From Selaginella moellendorffii (Eukaryota > Plantae > Lycopodiophyta), in assembly GCF_000143415.4 (NCBI RefSeq), contig NW_003314384.1, forward strand, positions 62,001 to 126,000: DNA of 64,000 nt, in the 5' to 3' direction. The notes beneath the pieces are model-generated. The model was not told where the DNA came from. It was given only the letters and a program-made list of their open reading frames with translations, and did not search any database. Shown here in pieces: positions 39,850 to 53,475 of the stretch (positions within the stretch are counted from its first letter, which is position 1; every line of letters starts with the position of its first letter). Both the position numbers and the translations under genes were made by a program.

Positions 39850-42800
39850 ATGGCGGATCCGGTGGTGATCCAGAAGCGCATTCGCATCTTCAGCGAGTTA
39901 CAGGCGTCGGAGCGCGCGCGCAACGAGGAGCTCGGAGGCCAGCCGATCGAGTAGGCCGGATTTATCTCTTGCTTGTAGCCAACATTTTTCTCGTCCAGTG
40001 TGACTGTGCTCAAGGATGGGGAAGTGGTGTACCCCGGAAGAAGGCTTCTCACGACGCCGCTGGACATTGCCAGGCTAATCTCGAAGAAGAAGGCTGCTGA
40101 TTATGTTATTGCGCAGGTACTGTTACCTCTTCTCTCACTTCTTTGTGAGCGAGCGTTTCCAATTAGGTGAATGGGACTCTGTGGGATATGGGACGCCCTT
40201 TGGAAGAGGATTGCACGCTTGTTCTTTACGCGTTTAAGGACGAGCAGGGTCGTGATACTTTCTGGCACTCGAGTGCTCATATCCTTGGCGAGGTACTACA
40301 TTTTCTTTTTTTCTTCATTCGAGGGGAAGAATTTAACGTGCTGTAAGTTTCCAGTCCTTAGAACAAGCGTATGGTTGCAAGCTCTGCATTGGTCCCTGCA
40401 CGACAAGGGGAGAGGTACTGTTTTAGTGAGTTTGATCGGTATAGTTGCAACATTTTCTTATGTAGGGCTTTTACTATGATGCTTTTTACGAAGACGGGAG
40501 AACACTCAACGAAGAGAACTTCCCGGCTGTGCAAAGCCAAGTGACGAAAGCCGTTCAGGTTCGACGAGGCATATGATAGGACAAGGTTGATCTTTGTTTT
40601 GGAGACGTGCAGGAGAGTCAGCCGTTTGAACGGATACAAGTGACACGGCAACAGGCTCTGGAGATTTTTTCTGATAACCAGTTCAAAGTAAGTGTCTCTG
40701 TTGGAAGCCTGTTTTAACTTAATAGGAGGTTTTGTTTCTCTTGCAGGTAGAAATAATCAATGATTTACCCGAGGATGCTGTGATAACAGTTTACAGATGC
40801 GGTCCACTTGTTGATTTGTGTCGTGGACCTCATATTCCCAACACATCCTACGTGAAAGCTTTTTCTTGCTTGAAGGTGCCGTCATGTCGATTAAGAAACT
40901 GTTCCTTTCGTAAACGTTCATTTTAACAGGCCTCCGCGTGCTATTGGAAAGGTAAGCAAGAACGGGAAAGCCTTCAACGCGTTTACGGAATATCATATCC
41001 TGACAATCAATCCCTGAAGGTACTTGTTACGTTTCCATAACATTAACATATGGATGATTTGTTGGGCTTGTAGGCTTACATGACCAAGTATGAAGAAGCC
41101 AAGAAACGGGACCATCGGTTACTTGGGAAAAACCAGCAGCTCTTTTTCTTCCACGAATTGAGGTAACTTTCTACCTCCTAGAAACAACTATAGAGTTCAC
41201 GCTTGCGTTCCTTCGCAGCCCAGGGAGTGCATTCTTTCTTCCAAAGGGCACGATTGTGTACAACAAACTGTTGCAATTTATCCGTTCAGAATACAGGAAG
41301 CGAGGTTTTGACGAGGTTTGTCCAGTATGAGCTGTTTTTAAGTAGAAAATAATGTTTTCTTCGGCTCTTAGGTAGTCACTCCGAACATTTATAACATGAA
41401 ACTTTGGGAACAATCCGGACATGCGGCTCATTATAAAGAAAACATGTTCGTCTTCGAGGTAATACTAGGAAAATCCACCGCCCGCTGGTTTTAACCTCTT
41501 GCTGCAGATAGAAAAGCAAGAATTTGGTCTGAAGCCCATGAATTGTCCCGGCCATTGTTTACTTTTCCAACACAGGGTCCGTTCATATCGAGGTAGGGAG
41601 TCTGCAACATGACTGTGTTTGCCTAACGAGATTATATATATTTACGTAGAGCTGCCTCTGAGAATAGCTGATTTTGGGGTTTTACACCGAAACGAATTAA
41701 GTGGTGCACTCACGGGGCTGACACGAGTCAGGCGTTTCTCACAGGTTTGTCATATAATCTGTGTAGAGTTACTCACGTATCTCGTTGCCGCTGTCACAGG
41801 ATGATGCTCATATCTTTTGCATGGAATCTCAAGTAAGTTTTAGTTTTGAGTATTTTTTTTTTGGTTTGCTAAACGATTACCTCCTACAGGTTTACGATGA
41901 AGTCAAGGGATGTCTGGACTTTCTCGATTACGTGTACACCATTTTCGGCTTTACTTATGATCTCAAATTGTCCACGGTATGTCGAAATTCTTCAAGGTAG
42001 TCCTTGACTTCGTATGAAATTCCAGCGGCCAGAAAACTTTCTTGGCGAGAGCGCCTTGTGGGATCGGGCGGAAGGGGCATTGGCGGACGCTCTGAATGCG
42101 CATGCAAAGCCCTGGCAGGTTTGATATCTCCTTTCTGTTTCATGTAAATACCGAGCTCGTAATCTTTTCTGCAGATGAACGAAGGAGATGGTGCCTTTTA
42201 CGGGCCTAAGATTGACATCCAAGTATCTGATGCACTGAACAGGAAGTTCCAGTGCGCAACAATTCAGGTCTTGTTTTCAGGGCTTTTGTCTTTTTTCTTC
42301 TAACGTGTTTTTTTTATCTTCGTGATCTACGCAGCTTGACTTCCAATCACCGATTCGGTTCAAGCTGAGCTACTCGGCCGAAGACGAAGCAAAGATCGAG
42401 CGGCCTGTCATCATCCACCGGGCGATATTGGGGTCCGTTGAACGGATGTTCGCAATACTGTTGGAAGACAATGTTGGAAAATGGCCCTTCTGGCTCAGCC
42501 CGCGCCAAGCTATCGTTCTCACAATCTCGGAGAAGTTTAAAGACTACGCCGAGGAGGTACAAAATCCGATTCACCCCTTTGTTTTCCTAACGTTCTGCTT
42601 ACTTTTTCTGTTTTCGCACCAGGTTCGTGCCAAACTTCACGCTGCTGGTTTCGAGGTAGACGTCGATGTCTCGGACAGAAAGGTGGACAAGAAGGTACTT
42701 GGACACACGTTTTTTTTTTTTATACATTTAACGTACTACTTCTGCAAATTACAAGGTCCGAGAAGCTCAAATGGCACACTACAACTATCTCTTGGTGGTG

Positions 42801-42999
42801 GGCGCTATGGAGCAAGAGAAAGGAGAAGTAAGAACGAAAGCAGCGTGTCTTTAAGTATGCAAGTTTTAACACTCGTCTCTTGCCTCAGGTGAACGTCCGC
42901 ACGAGAGGCAGCAAAGGCCAGCGCGGTTGCATCACGATCGAGAAATTAATTGCCGAGTTCCAGGACTTGGTAGCAAACTACACACGAGGAGAGAACTAA
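39850..42999 (+). CDS. Threonyl-tRNA synthetase, multi-exon
   Basis: [88 protein letters not shown]. Confidence 0.96.
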
Positions 43000-43119
43000 G
43001 AAAAGGCCAACCTTTTACATTACTCTCGTTGGATTGGATACAATCGGCTATGGAGTTTTGGAAACACCATCACCAGAGATGAAGAAAAGTTCTATAGGTT
43101 TATGTGAGTCTCTTCAACC

Positions 43120-45115
43120 TCAATCTCTTCCAAGAGGACTTTGCTCCAAGCGACACGATGCTGGCCATTGATTCACTTGGTTGTTGCCTGGAGCGTCTGC
43201 GTAGATCCTCTTTGTGAACTGGTCCACTTTGATGAAGTCTGCGAGGAGAGTTTTCTGGCCAGCTGATTTGCGGGAGGGATCCTTGATGACGGGGAATGTG
43301 AGCGAATCTGTGGATTGGCTTCCCAGGGCCTGGCTCGAGTCGGTCGTCGTCGTAAAAGACGAGCTCCTCGCTACCTCGTCGGCATTGAGCACACCGTCAA
43401 TGCGAGCCGTGATGTTGAAGGACAGGCTCTCCAGCACTCTGGAGTAGCTTTCAAGGATGGATTGACCAACATCCTGCAAACAAAGTTTTGTTTCTTTTTG
43501 CAAGTCAGGCATCGGAGATTTCTATATGAGAACATACCTTGTTGAACTGGATCTTTTGCATGTCCAAGAGTGTCTGAGGTAGCCCCGGAAACTTTTGCCG
43601 CAAGCTATGGAGCAATCCCTCGGCCCTGTCCACGAGCACTTCCTTCTTCTCGGCGTCCGCCACGAACTCTTTGACCATTACCCACGAGTTCCTCGCATTG
43701 AACTTGTTGTCTTTGGATGCCGGTTGCGTTTGCTTGTTCTGGAGCTTGTGCTGCCAGACGTGGATTGCGGCCTCGATCCGGTTGGCAAGCTCTACCGCGC
43801 TGTGCTCGCTGGAGACATCGAGGACACCGAGAACCGCATCCGCGGAGAACTCATCCGATGAAAGATACCGGTACAGATCCCCCAGGATAGCCTTGCCATT
43901 CTACAACCAAGGAAATCAGCGCTGCGATAAAGATGTGTGTACGCAAACTTACCTTTGGAAGAGCTTCCAGATATGCATCGGGGACTTCCATCTCAGAGAG
44001 GATCTGGCTATTTATTGCCATCGCTGCCTTAAAAATTTGACTTGTGCTCTCTTTTTGATGCAGCAGGGCCTTCTTCGCCTCGTCGGAAAGCCCGCTGGGC
44101 GGCACCTTCGGAACTGGGAGCCACCACTTTCCTTCATGCTTGGACACCGAGGGTCTGTTTGGAGCTTTGTCTTTACAACACACCATGTGCTCCTGATCAA
44201 CGTACCAGAACTCTGGCGTTTGAAAGCTCTCGAGGCAATCCTACACGGAGAGCAAATGATCAAGCAATGACTGAACTGGACAATGCCTTACCAGGAGCAT
44301 CATGTCCAGCTTGCGGAGAGCTGGCAAGTTAATTTGCAGATCAGGACGAGGATTCGCAACCATGATCTGAGACGAATAAGATGACAATCAATCTTGGGTA
44401 ACGGAAGTCACACAGAGACTTGTTACTCACCTCAACGCTGCTTCCGTCTGGGAATGTTTGCCAGGTTGGAACGAGCTCGACAATGTAGTCTGTCACAGAG
44501 ACAAGCCAATTCATTTCTCTCTTCCACATTCTCCTCCGGCTCGTGGCTAAAGGTTCTAGCTTCCACAAGTTTCCAAACACCGAAGCTGCAACAGCGAAGA
44601 CCCACACGGTTACACCGTACCATGACAAGTCTAGATCGAAAACGAACCAGAGAGATTTGTGATGGCATTTGACAGCGCCAATGCAGTGGAAACTCCCTTG
44701 GCACCGCCAGACATATCCTCTCCCAATAGCAACCGCGCAAATCGCTCCTTCATGATCTCCGCTTCTGCAAGGCACAAAAGACAGTCATTTTCCATGAAGA
44801 CCATCGAAGAAAATCGTCGCAAAACTTGCCGGAATGCTGCTCGATCCGCTTGTTACTCGGCACATCGCCATTGGGAGTGCACACATCGCCTGCCAGGCCC
44901 TCGGACCCGTTGCTCGAGGCCAAAACCGGCATTGGCGATGAGCCATCCGAGCTAGAAACCCGTCCAGAGTCCCCGTGAACTTCACTCAGCCTCGAGCTCG
45001 CCACGACCGATGCATCACACGTAGCAAAATCGGTACTGTCCGCGGAGCTAACAACGCTGGCATTATGATCCTCGAATGAGAGCGTCGTCACGGCTGTCGA
45101 AGAATGCGGCTCCAT
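43120..45115 (-). CDS. Rop guanine nucleotide exchange factor (PRONE domain), multi-exon
   Basis: [34 protein letters not shown]; [15 protein letters not shown]; [21 protein letters not shown]. Confidence 0.95.
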
Positions 45116-46266
45116 AGGACGATTTGAGAGGCGCTAGCCCAATAAAAAAAAGGAAACTCCTCCAGTCCAGATGATGGAGCTACATTCCTGTTCCGATACC
45201 TCTAGAGAATTAAAATGCTGGTCACCAGGAATTCTTCTCGATGATGATCCATTCCCTTGAACCACAAGCTACTCCTGTAAGAACTCCCTGCTCTAATCCC
45301 TGTCACGAATCATTTGGCCGGGCCACCAGACGAGCCCCGGAAGCAAAGACACCACCACCTCTACAATCTTCCGTAGAAGACGCTCCAGCTCCAATCCAGG
45401 GCACGTATTCCGGATTGATTCATCCCAAAGACAGCCGCCGATCGCCCGGATCTCTCAAAACGGCCGCAAAAAGAATCGATTTCCTGCTAGCGGCGTCCAT
45501 CGCTTACCGACGACGCAATCGCATTCCCTTGCCAGGAATTGGCGCACACCGCAGCGCCATGGCATCGCAATCCAAGAAACCCCTAGAGACGAAAGACCCA
45601 AAATATTTGCCCGTCCATCCAAACCAGCGCCTTTTTTCTCTTCTCCTTTAAGTGTCAGCCGCCGCACAGTACACACACACACGCAAGCCTGGCCAAATCT
45701 AGTGGCGCAGTGGGGTACGGCCCGAGGCGTACGGACCGGCCCAAAACCAAGGAATGTTGACGTGGCGGCCCCAGCGCCCGGCACGTGGCAGCATCACGCC
45801 TTTTATGCATCTCCATTTCGAAAAACATCCCGCCCAGCGATGATGAGGAAAAGATTTTGATTCGCTGGCTAGATGCCGACCAGATATTCCCCCCAAATTT
45901 AAACTACATTAACTTACTCCCCCTGGCATAATCTAATCAGCCTTTCCAGCCAGTCGCCAGTTCGATTCACAGTCGCGTTAAAAATCCCCCACTACGCCTG
46001 AAGAACACATGGAATATACCGAGCCAAGAAAACGAACTTAGACAGAGATGGCATGGCAGGAGAAAACCCATTGTCTTATATATCAAACAAAGTACACACA
46101 CCGGAAAATCCTTTTCTTCTCTACAAAACCATAGCTAGTAGTAGAAAGCTCGCTTCTTCCAATCCAAATCCATGGGCGCTTAGATCGATCGATCGACCCA
46201 AGGCTGCTGCTAGTGCTGGCAGCGAATTCTTTTCTTCTATCATCGTTTTTGCTGGTGCTGTGATCT

Positions 46267-47061
46267 TCAGTTCCTGCTCTTCCGACTGGATTCGCGAGCT
46301 CTGGCGATGCATGCCTCGGTGATGTGAGTACCTGGGAGGAGTCGCAGTGGATCGGGGCCGAGTTCTTTCCGGCAAGCCGCGTGGAGATGAGGCCACTTGG
46401 TTGCATCGCCCAAGTACTTCTCGCTTAGACCCCATAGCGTGTCGCCCTCTTTGATCCTCCCCCAAATCTCTCGGTTCTCCATTCGAATCGCCTCGCGCTG
46501 CTCTGCGCCCACTGCTGCCACAGCCTCAGTTACTTTCTCTAAGCAAATGCCTCTCATGAGAACCAAGCACAGCCAAGCGGACAGAGACAGGCAAGAAAAA
46601 AACTTAAAGAAAGACGAAATCCCTTATCCAATCCCAAGGAATCCACGAAATCCATGAAATCCCACAGGTGGAAGCCTGTGACCAAGTATGGATCGATCGA
46701 CCCATCCGAGAACAAATTAAACGATCTATGACACCAAGACGACGATCGGAGCATCAGGCATCCTACATTCTTGCGCTACATGACTAGAAACCCCAAAGTC
46801 CTCGAGCTCGCTTTAGGGAAAGCAAAGATTTCGATCCAAAACACTCAGGAATGCGCGCAAGACTCACGAAATCGGGCACGGCGACGTACCTGCGGCATCA
46901 GTTGCGACGGTGGTGGCGTCCTGGACAGCATGCACGGTCGACGAGACGACGCCGCCGCTCTCGGATTTTGGACAGGAAATCTCCGCGGCGCCGCTGTGAT
47001 CCGAGGGAGCGCTGGAGCTCTCCTCCTCCTTGGGCTTGGTGAATGCCTTCCACCACGCCAT
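46267..47061 (-). CDS. Small LysM-domain protein, 2 exons
   Basis: Exon 47061-46890 joins 46538-46267 in phase 1; IKEGDTLWGLSEKYLGDATKWPHL..P..LLPG is LysM-like. Confidence 0.65.
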
Positions 47062-47445
47062 CGCGCTGCTGCGGTGCCGCCGATTGATTGATCACCGCGA
47101 AGAAACAAAGAACAAAGAACACTCGCCCCAGGGTTTCTCCAATAAATATTTCCTTTAAACGGGCATTGTAAATCACGCGGTAGACAGACGTGCCACCTGG
47201 ACGATAAATTTGATTAGTATATTCTAGAATATGCTAGATATAGATTCTTAGAATCTTCACTACGCGGCCTTGTTAGGGCTTCATCCCGCGGTCTCTCTCG
47301 CTTGGATCGATCGGCTTGGCGCTCGAAGGTACGATTAGATCACGAGCTTCAGATCCCGGCTAGATCTAAAATATTTCGCAGCAATCGATCTTATTCTTTT
47401 CTTTCTTACGCAGCGATCGATCTTAATGCGCAAGAATCGTCGACG

Positions 47446-47793
47446 ATGCACAGGGCGCAGAGCGCCAATCTTTCTCTAGAAGCTAGCTACGCAACGAATG
47501 CCGTCTATCTCCACACATCCCCGACGCGAGCGGCGAACGGCGTCATTCCCAGAAGCATCAGCATGGTGGCCATCGATCTCCCGTCCGATAATCCCCTCCA
47601 TCACAGCAGCAATGGCGGCAGTGGCGGCAGTGGCGGCAGCGACACCGACGACGCCGAGCAGCAGCTCCTCCACGACAACAAGAGGCCGGCCTCCAAATTC
47701 CTCAAGCCCGAGAGCGCCATCCATTTGATCCCACTCGTCCTCTTCATCTGCGCTTTGATCCTCTGGGCGAGTAGCACATCCGTCGTTCGCTAG
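47446..47793 (+). CDS. Small plant protein with C-terminal transmembrane helix
   Basis: C-terminal ESAIHLIPLVLFICALILWASS; upstream intron-like sequence; GC-rich coding composition. Confidence 0.6.
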   Translation: MHRAQSANLSLEASYATNAVYLHTSPTRAANGVIPRSISMVAIDLPSDNPLHHSSNGGSGGSGGSDTDDAEQQLLHDNKRPASKFLKPESAIHLIPLVLFICALILWASSTSVVR

Positions 47794-47840
47794 CCAGGTA
47801 AGCGATCTAAAAAGTTTTTCTAGCGCCAGGGATCCATCTC

Positions 47841-49982
47841 TCACGAGGAATGCTCATGTGTTCTTCTAGGGAGCGATCCATTAGCGTAAATGTTTGACAT
47901 AAGAACGAAAGCGGCAGCGCTGTTCTCTTCCCGGAGCTTATCAAATGCCAGCTCTCCAACGCTCAGATCGTTCCACTTCCACGACGCTCCCAGCAGCGTC
48001 AGCCACAGGGAGCTGCCGGGATCACAAGGCATGCTTCTCACCACCTTTAGCGCCTCATCGAATCGATTCGCTCGTCCCAGCAGACCCACGACGCAGCTGT
48101 AGTGCTTCACCCCTGGCGACACTCGAAACTTCGCCTCCATCGTCTCGAGGAACTCCCGGCCTCGATCCACCAGACCGCTGTGGCTGCAAACCGCGAGAAC
48201 CGACAGCATCGTGATCTCGTTGGGCCGAAAGTTTTGCGCCACCATCTCGTCCAGGAGATCAAAGACTTGCTGGTGGCTGCCTTGGCGACTGTACCCGTCG
48301 ATCAACGAGTTCCAAGTTATCACGTCGACCCTGCGGATGCTGCTCAGCGACTCAAACATCTCTCGAGCTTCCGCCATGCTGCCACACTTGCCGTAGAAAT
48401 CGACGAGAGCATTCGCCACCACCAGATGGCTCTCCACTCCAGCGTTGCAGATCTCGGCCTCGACGTTCTTCCCGGCTGCCAGAGCTCCCAGGCTTCCACA
48501 CGCCTTGAGAGCCGCCACGAAAGTCACGTCGTCAGCTTCCAGGCCGCTGGCTTTCATCTCGGCGTAAAGTTTGAGCGCAAGCTCGCCCTGGCCGCTCTCG
48601 GCATAGCCCAGAATCATCGACGTCCAGCACACCAGGTCCCTGCTTTCCATATGCTCGAAGATCTCTCGAGCGTCCTCCATGCTCCCGCATTTGGAGTACA
48701 TATCCAGGAGACTGCTGGCGACGAAGCTGTGGTGCTGTGATCCGGAGCTGGCAACTCGACGGTGAAGAGCTCGGCCTCTCTCGAGTGACACGGGCTTGAC
48801 GAGCTTTCCTTCGACGATCTGCGGTTCTTCTCTCTCAGCGATGCTCCCGCAAGCCTTGAGAGCCGCCATCAGAGTGATCGCATCCGGCTCGAGACCACCT
48901 TCGTCAACCATCTTCTGGAAGTGTTGCAACGCGAGCTCGCCGTGGCCGCTCTGCGCGTAGGCCGTGATGATACAGTTCCACGTCACGACGCTGCGGTGCC
49001 TCATGCTCTTGAAGACCCGGCAAGCTTCGTCCAAGCTCCCACACTTGGCGTACATGTCCACCAGCGTGCTCGAGAGGAAGATGTGGAGCTCCTTTCCATG
49101 GAAAGCTTGCAGAGCTCGAGAGTGGATGGATCGTCCCTTCTCCAGCAAACGAAGCTTGGTGGTGCTTCGATCGGCGAGGCTCGCGCAGGCTTTCAAGGCG
49201 GCAACGAACGTCACAGTGTCTGGATCGTAGCCTTCGTCTTCCATCCGGGAGAAGAGCTCGAGAGCGAAGCTTTCGCGGCCATTCTCGGCGTATCCCAAGA
49301 GGAGGCAGTTCCAAGACACGACGCTAGGCCGGGGCATGGCGTCGAGGAGCCTGTGAGCGTCGATCGAGCAGCCGAGCTTGGAGTACATGTCGATGATCGT
49401 GTTGGAGACCTGGAGGTGGCGGTCGTGGCCGCTTCTCGCAGCTCGCGAGTGGATCCATCGCCCAAGTCGCAAGCTCTCGGGCTTGATCATGGCTCCGGCG
49501 ACGAGCTTGAGATCTTCACGCTGGGACAGGCTCACGCAGGCCTTGAGGAGAGCAAGAAACGTGACGCGATTGGGAGCGCAGTCCATTCTCGCGTAGAGAT
49601 CCAGGGCCAGATCGCCGCGAGCGCACTCCGCGTAGCCCATGACGATGCAGTTCCAGGACACCACCGATCTCTCCGGCGCTGGGATTGCCTCGAAGACGGC
49701 CCGGGCCTCCACCAAGCTGCCGCATTTGCAGTACATGTCGACGAGCGCGGTGGAGACGAAGCAATCGGGAGTGGAGGCGCGGATAATCTCGCCATGGATT
49801 CTCCTGCCGCGCTCTAGATCTCTGGCGCCGCCGCATACCTTGAGAGCCGCCAGGTAAGCGCCGCGCCTAGCCCCGGTGTCCTTGCTGGGAATTCCAGGCG
49901 CGCGCACGGAGCATTCCTCGAGCATCCCAAGAGCCCTAGTCGAGTTCTCCGCCGTTAGATCAAACAAATCTCCACCGTCCAT
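47841..49982 (-). CDS. PLS-class pentatricopeptide repeat protein
   Basis: Repeated LVDMY.KCGS..EA..VF / VVSWN..I..YA..G motifs; intronless 713 aa; E-like C-terminus, no DYW. Confidence 0.93.
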   Translation of the reverse strand: MDGGDLFDLTAENSTRALGMLEECSVRAPGIPSKDTGARRGAYLAALKVCGGARDLERGRRIHGEIIRASTPDCFVSTALVDMYCKCGSLVEARAVFEAIPAPERSVVSWNCIVMGYAECARGDLALDLYARMDCAPNRVTFLALLKACVSLSQREDLKLVAGAMIKPESLRLGRWIHSRAARSGHDRHLQVSNTIIDMYSKLGCSIDAHRLLDAMPRPSVVSWNCLLLGYAENGRESFALELFSRMEDEGYDPDTVTFVAALKACASLADRSTTKLRLLEKGRSIHSRALQAFHGKELHIFLSSTLVDMYAKCGSLDEACRVFKSMRHRSVVTWNCIITAYAQSGHGELALQHFQKMVDEGGLEPDAITLMAALKACGSIAEREEPQIVEGKLVKPVSLERGRALHRRVASSGSQHHSFVASSLLDMYSKCGSMEDAREIFEHMESRDLVCWTSMILGYAESGQGELALKLYAEMKASGLEADDVTFVAALKACGSLGALAAGKNVEAEICNAGVESHLVVANALVDFYGKCGSMAEAREMFESLSSIRRVDVITWNSLIDGYSRQGSHQQVFDLLDEMVAQNFRPNEITMLSVLAVCSHSGLVDRGREFLETMEAKFRVSPGVKHYSCVVGLLGRANRFDEALKVVRSMPCDPGSSLWLTLLGASWKWNDLSVGELAFDKLREENSAAAFVLMSNIYANGSLPRRTHEHSS

Positions 49983-50123
49983 AAAATTTTAAAAAGTGGA
50001 TAACGCAAAACCCTAAACGTATGTTTTGCGAGAAGTTTATGGGTATATTCGAAAAGAGCCGAAGATACAGTTTTCGCGTGATTTTTGGAGATTTGTTGGT
50101 GTTCTTGGTGGGCTTTTGGATTA

Positions 50124-50543
50124 TCACTCCCCAAGAGCAAAAGCTTCAGTAGGGAAGGTCTTGGTGATGCCCGCGAAGCTCTTGAAGTGGACATTCTTGA
50201 CAGCATCGTCGGCGTCGGCCATGATCTGCCCCACGGGAGCCCAGATGAGGAGCTCCTTGGCCTTGACGCCCTGGAGCTTGGCGATCTTCTTGTCGCTCAG
50301 GAAGCCATGGATGGAGGTGGAATAACTCACCAGCTTCTTGATCTTGGCGAAGTTGTGCTCGATCTTCTTGGCGGTGGTGATCCACATGTAGCCCGTCGCC
50401 TTGACGTAGCCCACCTCGATCACCTCCTCCAGCGGCAGCAGCCCTCCCGGGAGCTTGAATTCCTCGAGCAGCGAGATGGCTTGCTTCAAACTCTCGGGCC
50501 CCTTCCACACCACCGCGTCCTTCTTCAAATCCTGGTCCGCCAT
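50124..50543 (-). CDS. DUF538 family protein
   Basis: LLEEFKLPGGLLPL..GYVKATGYMW..LVSY..L.GVKAKELLIW..FP.EAF. Confidence 0.9.
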   Translation of the reverse strand: MADQDLKKDAVVWKGPESLKQAISLLEEFKLPGGLLPLEEVIEVGYVKATGYMWITTAKKIEHNFAKIKKLVSYSTSIHGFLSDKKIAKLQGVKAKELLIWAPVGQIMADADDAVKNVHFKSFAGITKTFPTEAFALGE

Positions 50544-51455
50544 GGAATATATGTTGTATGGATGGAATTAGAACTGCTTGGACAAGATCTTCTCTAGCAG
50601 CTGTTACCTGAGAGCCAAAAGAACACACAATTAAGTTGGTCTAGCTACCAAAGAGGGACACGAGAGAAAAGTAAAGTGCCGTCTTACGTGAAGAAGAAGA
50701 ACACAACAAGTAGAAGAAATTAGCTTCCGGTGTGGAACAAAACCATCTCCAAACGACCTCCGAATATGAAGGACTTGGCCGCAAGCAAATGCCAAACAAC
50801 AAGCTTTGGAAACGCAGCCATCAAAGGTTCCGAGGTTTTCAAGCAAGGCTTGTCCCGACGTGATCAGCAGCGAGAGATTAGGGAAATGCTGTGCATTAGT
50901 CTCTGCTGCTTGCACATCTTTTCGCTAGTGGTATTTCCAATGCTTTCTTTCATTATAATCACAAGCCGACGCTCCATCCATGCCATACGATAGAAAACAA
51001 AACAAAAAACTCTCTTTTTATATATATATATATCTACAATATGTTTGCAAAGTTTGAAATTCTACGAGTGACTGAAGTGTGGAGCCTCTGGACAGCTGCA
51101 TTTTGTGGTGCAGGGCAAGCTTTGGTTTTTCAGTATGCCTTCACATAAGGACAGACCAAAGGGGCATGTCATGGTCAGTGAAACCAAAATACCTCTCATC
51201 AAGGCGGCCACCATGACAAACACCAAGCTTGCATTCTCTGGCTCAAAAGGATCCCTGCTTTGATGAAGACAGTCATGAGGTATTACACGAAGAAAGACAG
51301 GGGACGTCCCATGCAAAGCTGACGCAAGGCAGTGCTTTAAGACACAGGTAAGCTTAGCACAATCGAGCACTGCTTCATATGAGTAACAGTGTTTTATGTT
51401 CTTAGAGCTTATATTTATGTATATGGTGCAAATCTCTACATCAAGAAGAAGAAAA

Positions 51456-53475
51456 ATGGCTACACTCTACTGCTTTAAAACCATCTGGTCATTTGTTATC
51501 TTCTCTGGGCTTTGGTGTTTATCGTCGGCACAGCAGCCGGATGTGTCTTCGGACAGGCAGGCACTCATCGATTTCATGAAGTTTGCAGATCCACAAAACA
51601 GAATCTTGCAATGGAACGTCTCCAGCCTCAATCCATGCACGGATCAAAACGCCTGGCAAGGGGTCAGTTGCAAGAAGCCAGACATCGGCCGTGTCACGTT
51701 TCTGGAGCTCGAGAACTTGGATCTTCCGGGAACGATAGCACCAAACACGTTGAGCAGGCTAGATCAACTCCGAGTTCTAAGGCTCATCAACGTCTCGCTC
51801 TCCGGGCCCATTCCTCCCGATCTCTCCAGCTGCATCCACCTCAAGCAACTCATCTTGCTCGGCAACAAGCTCACCGGTAATATCCCTGCCTCGCTAGGCA
51901 CGCTGGCCATCTTAGATCGCTTGTCACTCCGAAACAATCAGCTGGAGGGAGAGATCCCGCGGGAACTCAGCAATCTCCAGGAATTGCAGACGCTCGGGCT
52001 CGACTACAACTCTCTCACAGGTCCGATCCCAGATATGTTTTTCCCCAAGATGACAGACTTCGGTGTCTCCCACAACCGATTGACTGGCAGCATTCCAAAA
52101 TCACTCGCATCCACAAGCCCAACTTCATTCGCAGGGAACGATCTTTGTGGGCCGCCAACTAACAACACTTGCCCACCACTACCATCGCCCTCGTCTCCAC
52201 AGAATGCCCACTCGGAACCTCGCTCTTCTGAAAGAGACAAGCTCAGCTCCCCAAGCATCGTAATCATTGTCGTCTTCAGCCTCGCCATCGTCGTGTTTAT
52301 CTGTCTCCTCCTCATGTTCTACTTCAGGAGCGACGTCAAAAACAAGCCTGTGACGCACAAATCGAAGAGTCCCGAGAAAAAAGATGGCGGAGAGGTGCAA
52401 AGCATAGACTCGGCGAGCATGCAGTTCCCGGAGCAGCGAGGATCAGTGGAGGGTGAAGCCGGGAGGCTAATTTTCGCTGCCGAGGACAACCAACACAGCT
52501 TTGGCTTGAAAGAATTGCTTCGGGCATCTGCGGAGATGCTTGTTCCCAAGGGCACTGTGGGAACAACGTACAAGGCTGTCCTGGGCGAAGGTGTCGTATT
52601 CGCAGTAAAGCGGCTGATTGACAGAAACTTGACGGAGAAACCCGAGTTTGAGAAGCAGCTTGCGTTTGTAGGCAGGCTCAAGCACCCAAACTTGGTTCCG
52701 CTGGTGGCCTACTATTACTACGCGCAAGAGGAGAAGCTCCTGGTCTACGACTATCTCCCAAACAAAAGCCTCTACACTCGTTTGCACGGTAAGGAACTTG
52801 GCAAATCAAATCGTGAAATAATTATATCTCAAGTTTCTGCTTGTGCTCTGGACAGCCAACCGAGGAACGAACGAGCGGGAACTACTGGCATGGCCGGATC
52901 GCTTGCAGATAGCCTACGGCGTAGCGCAGGGGCTGGCATTTCTTCACCGGGAGTGCCCAACAATGCCACACGGAAACTTGAAATCCACCAACGTAGTATT
53001 CGATGGAAATGGGCAGGCTTGCATTGCGGACTTTGGGCTGCTGCCGTTTGCGAGCGTCCAGAACGGTCCGCAGGCGAGCGATGGCTACAGGGCACCGGAG
53101 ATGTTTGTGGCCAAAAAGGTGACGCACAAGGCAGATGTCTACAGCTTCGGGGTGATGCTGCTGGAGCTCTTGACGGGCAGGGTGGCGGCGAGGCAGGGCA
53201 GCAGTGTTGACCTGCCCAGGTGGGTCAACTCCACGGTCCGCGAGGAGTGGACCGCCGAGGTGTTTGACTACGAGCTCGTCACCTACAGGAGAAACTCCGA
53301 AGAGGAGATGGTGTATCTGCTGAGGATTGCACTCGACTGCGTTGCGTCCAATCCGGAGCAGCGACCCAAGATGGCCCAGGTTGTGAAGCTGATTGAAGAC
53401 ATCAAGTCTCCGGAGCTCAGCAGCAGCGACATGTCTTTCTCGATAGAACACCTGCCGGGATCAGTGGAGCAGTGA
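51456..53475 (+). CDS. LRR receptor-like kinase (LRR-III / RLK902-like, atypical kinase), one intron ~52789-52855
   Basis: Signal peptide, LRRNT, LRRs, TM helix, FGLKELLRASAE, HGNLKSTNV, WVNSTVREEWTAEVFD. Start could lie further upstream (51396). Confidence 0.93.

Noticed and set aside
48102-49857. Long + strand ORFs opposite the PPR gene (similar cases opposite the syntaxin, RLK and RopGEF genes)
   Set aside because: Antisense shadows typical of GC-rich coding sequence.
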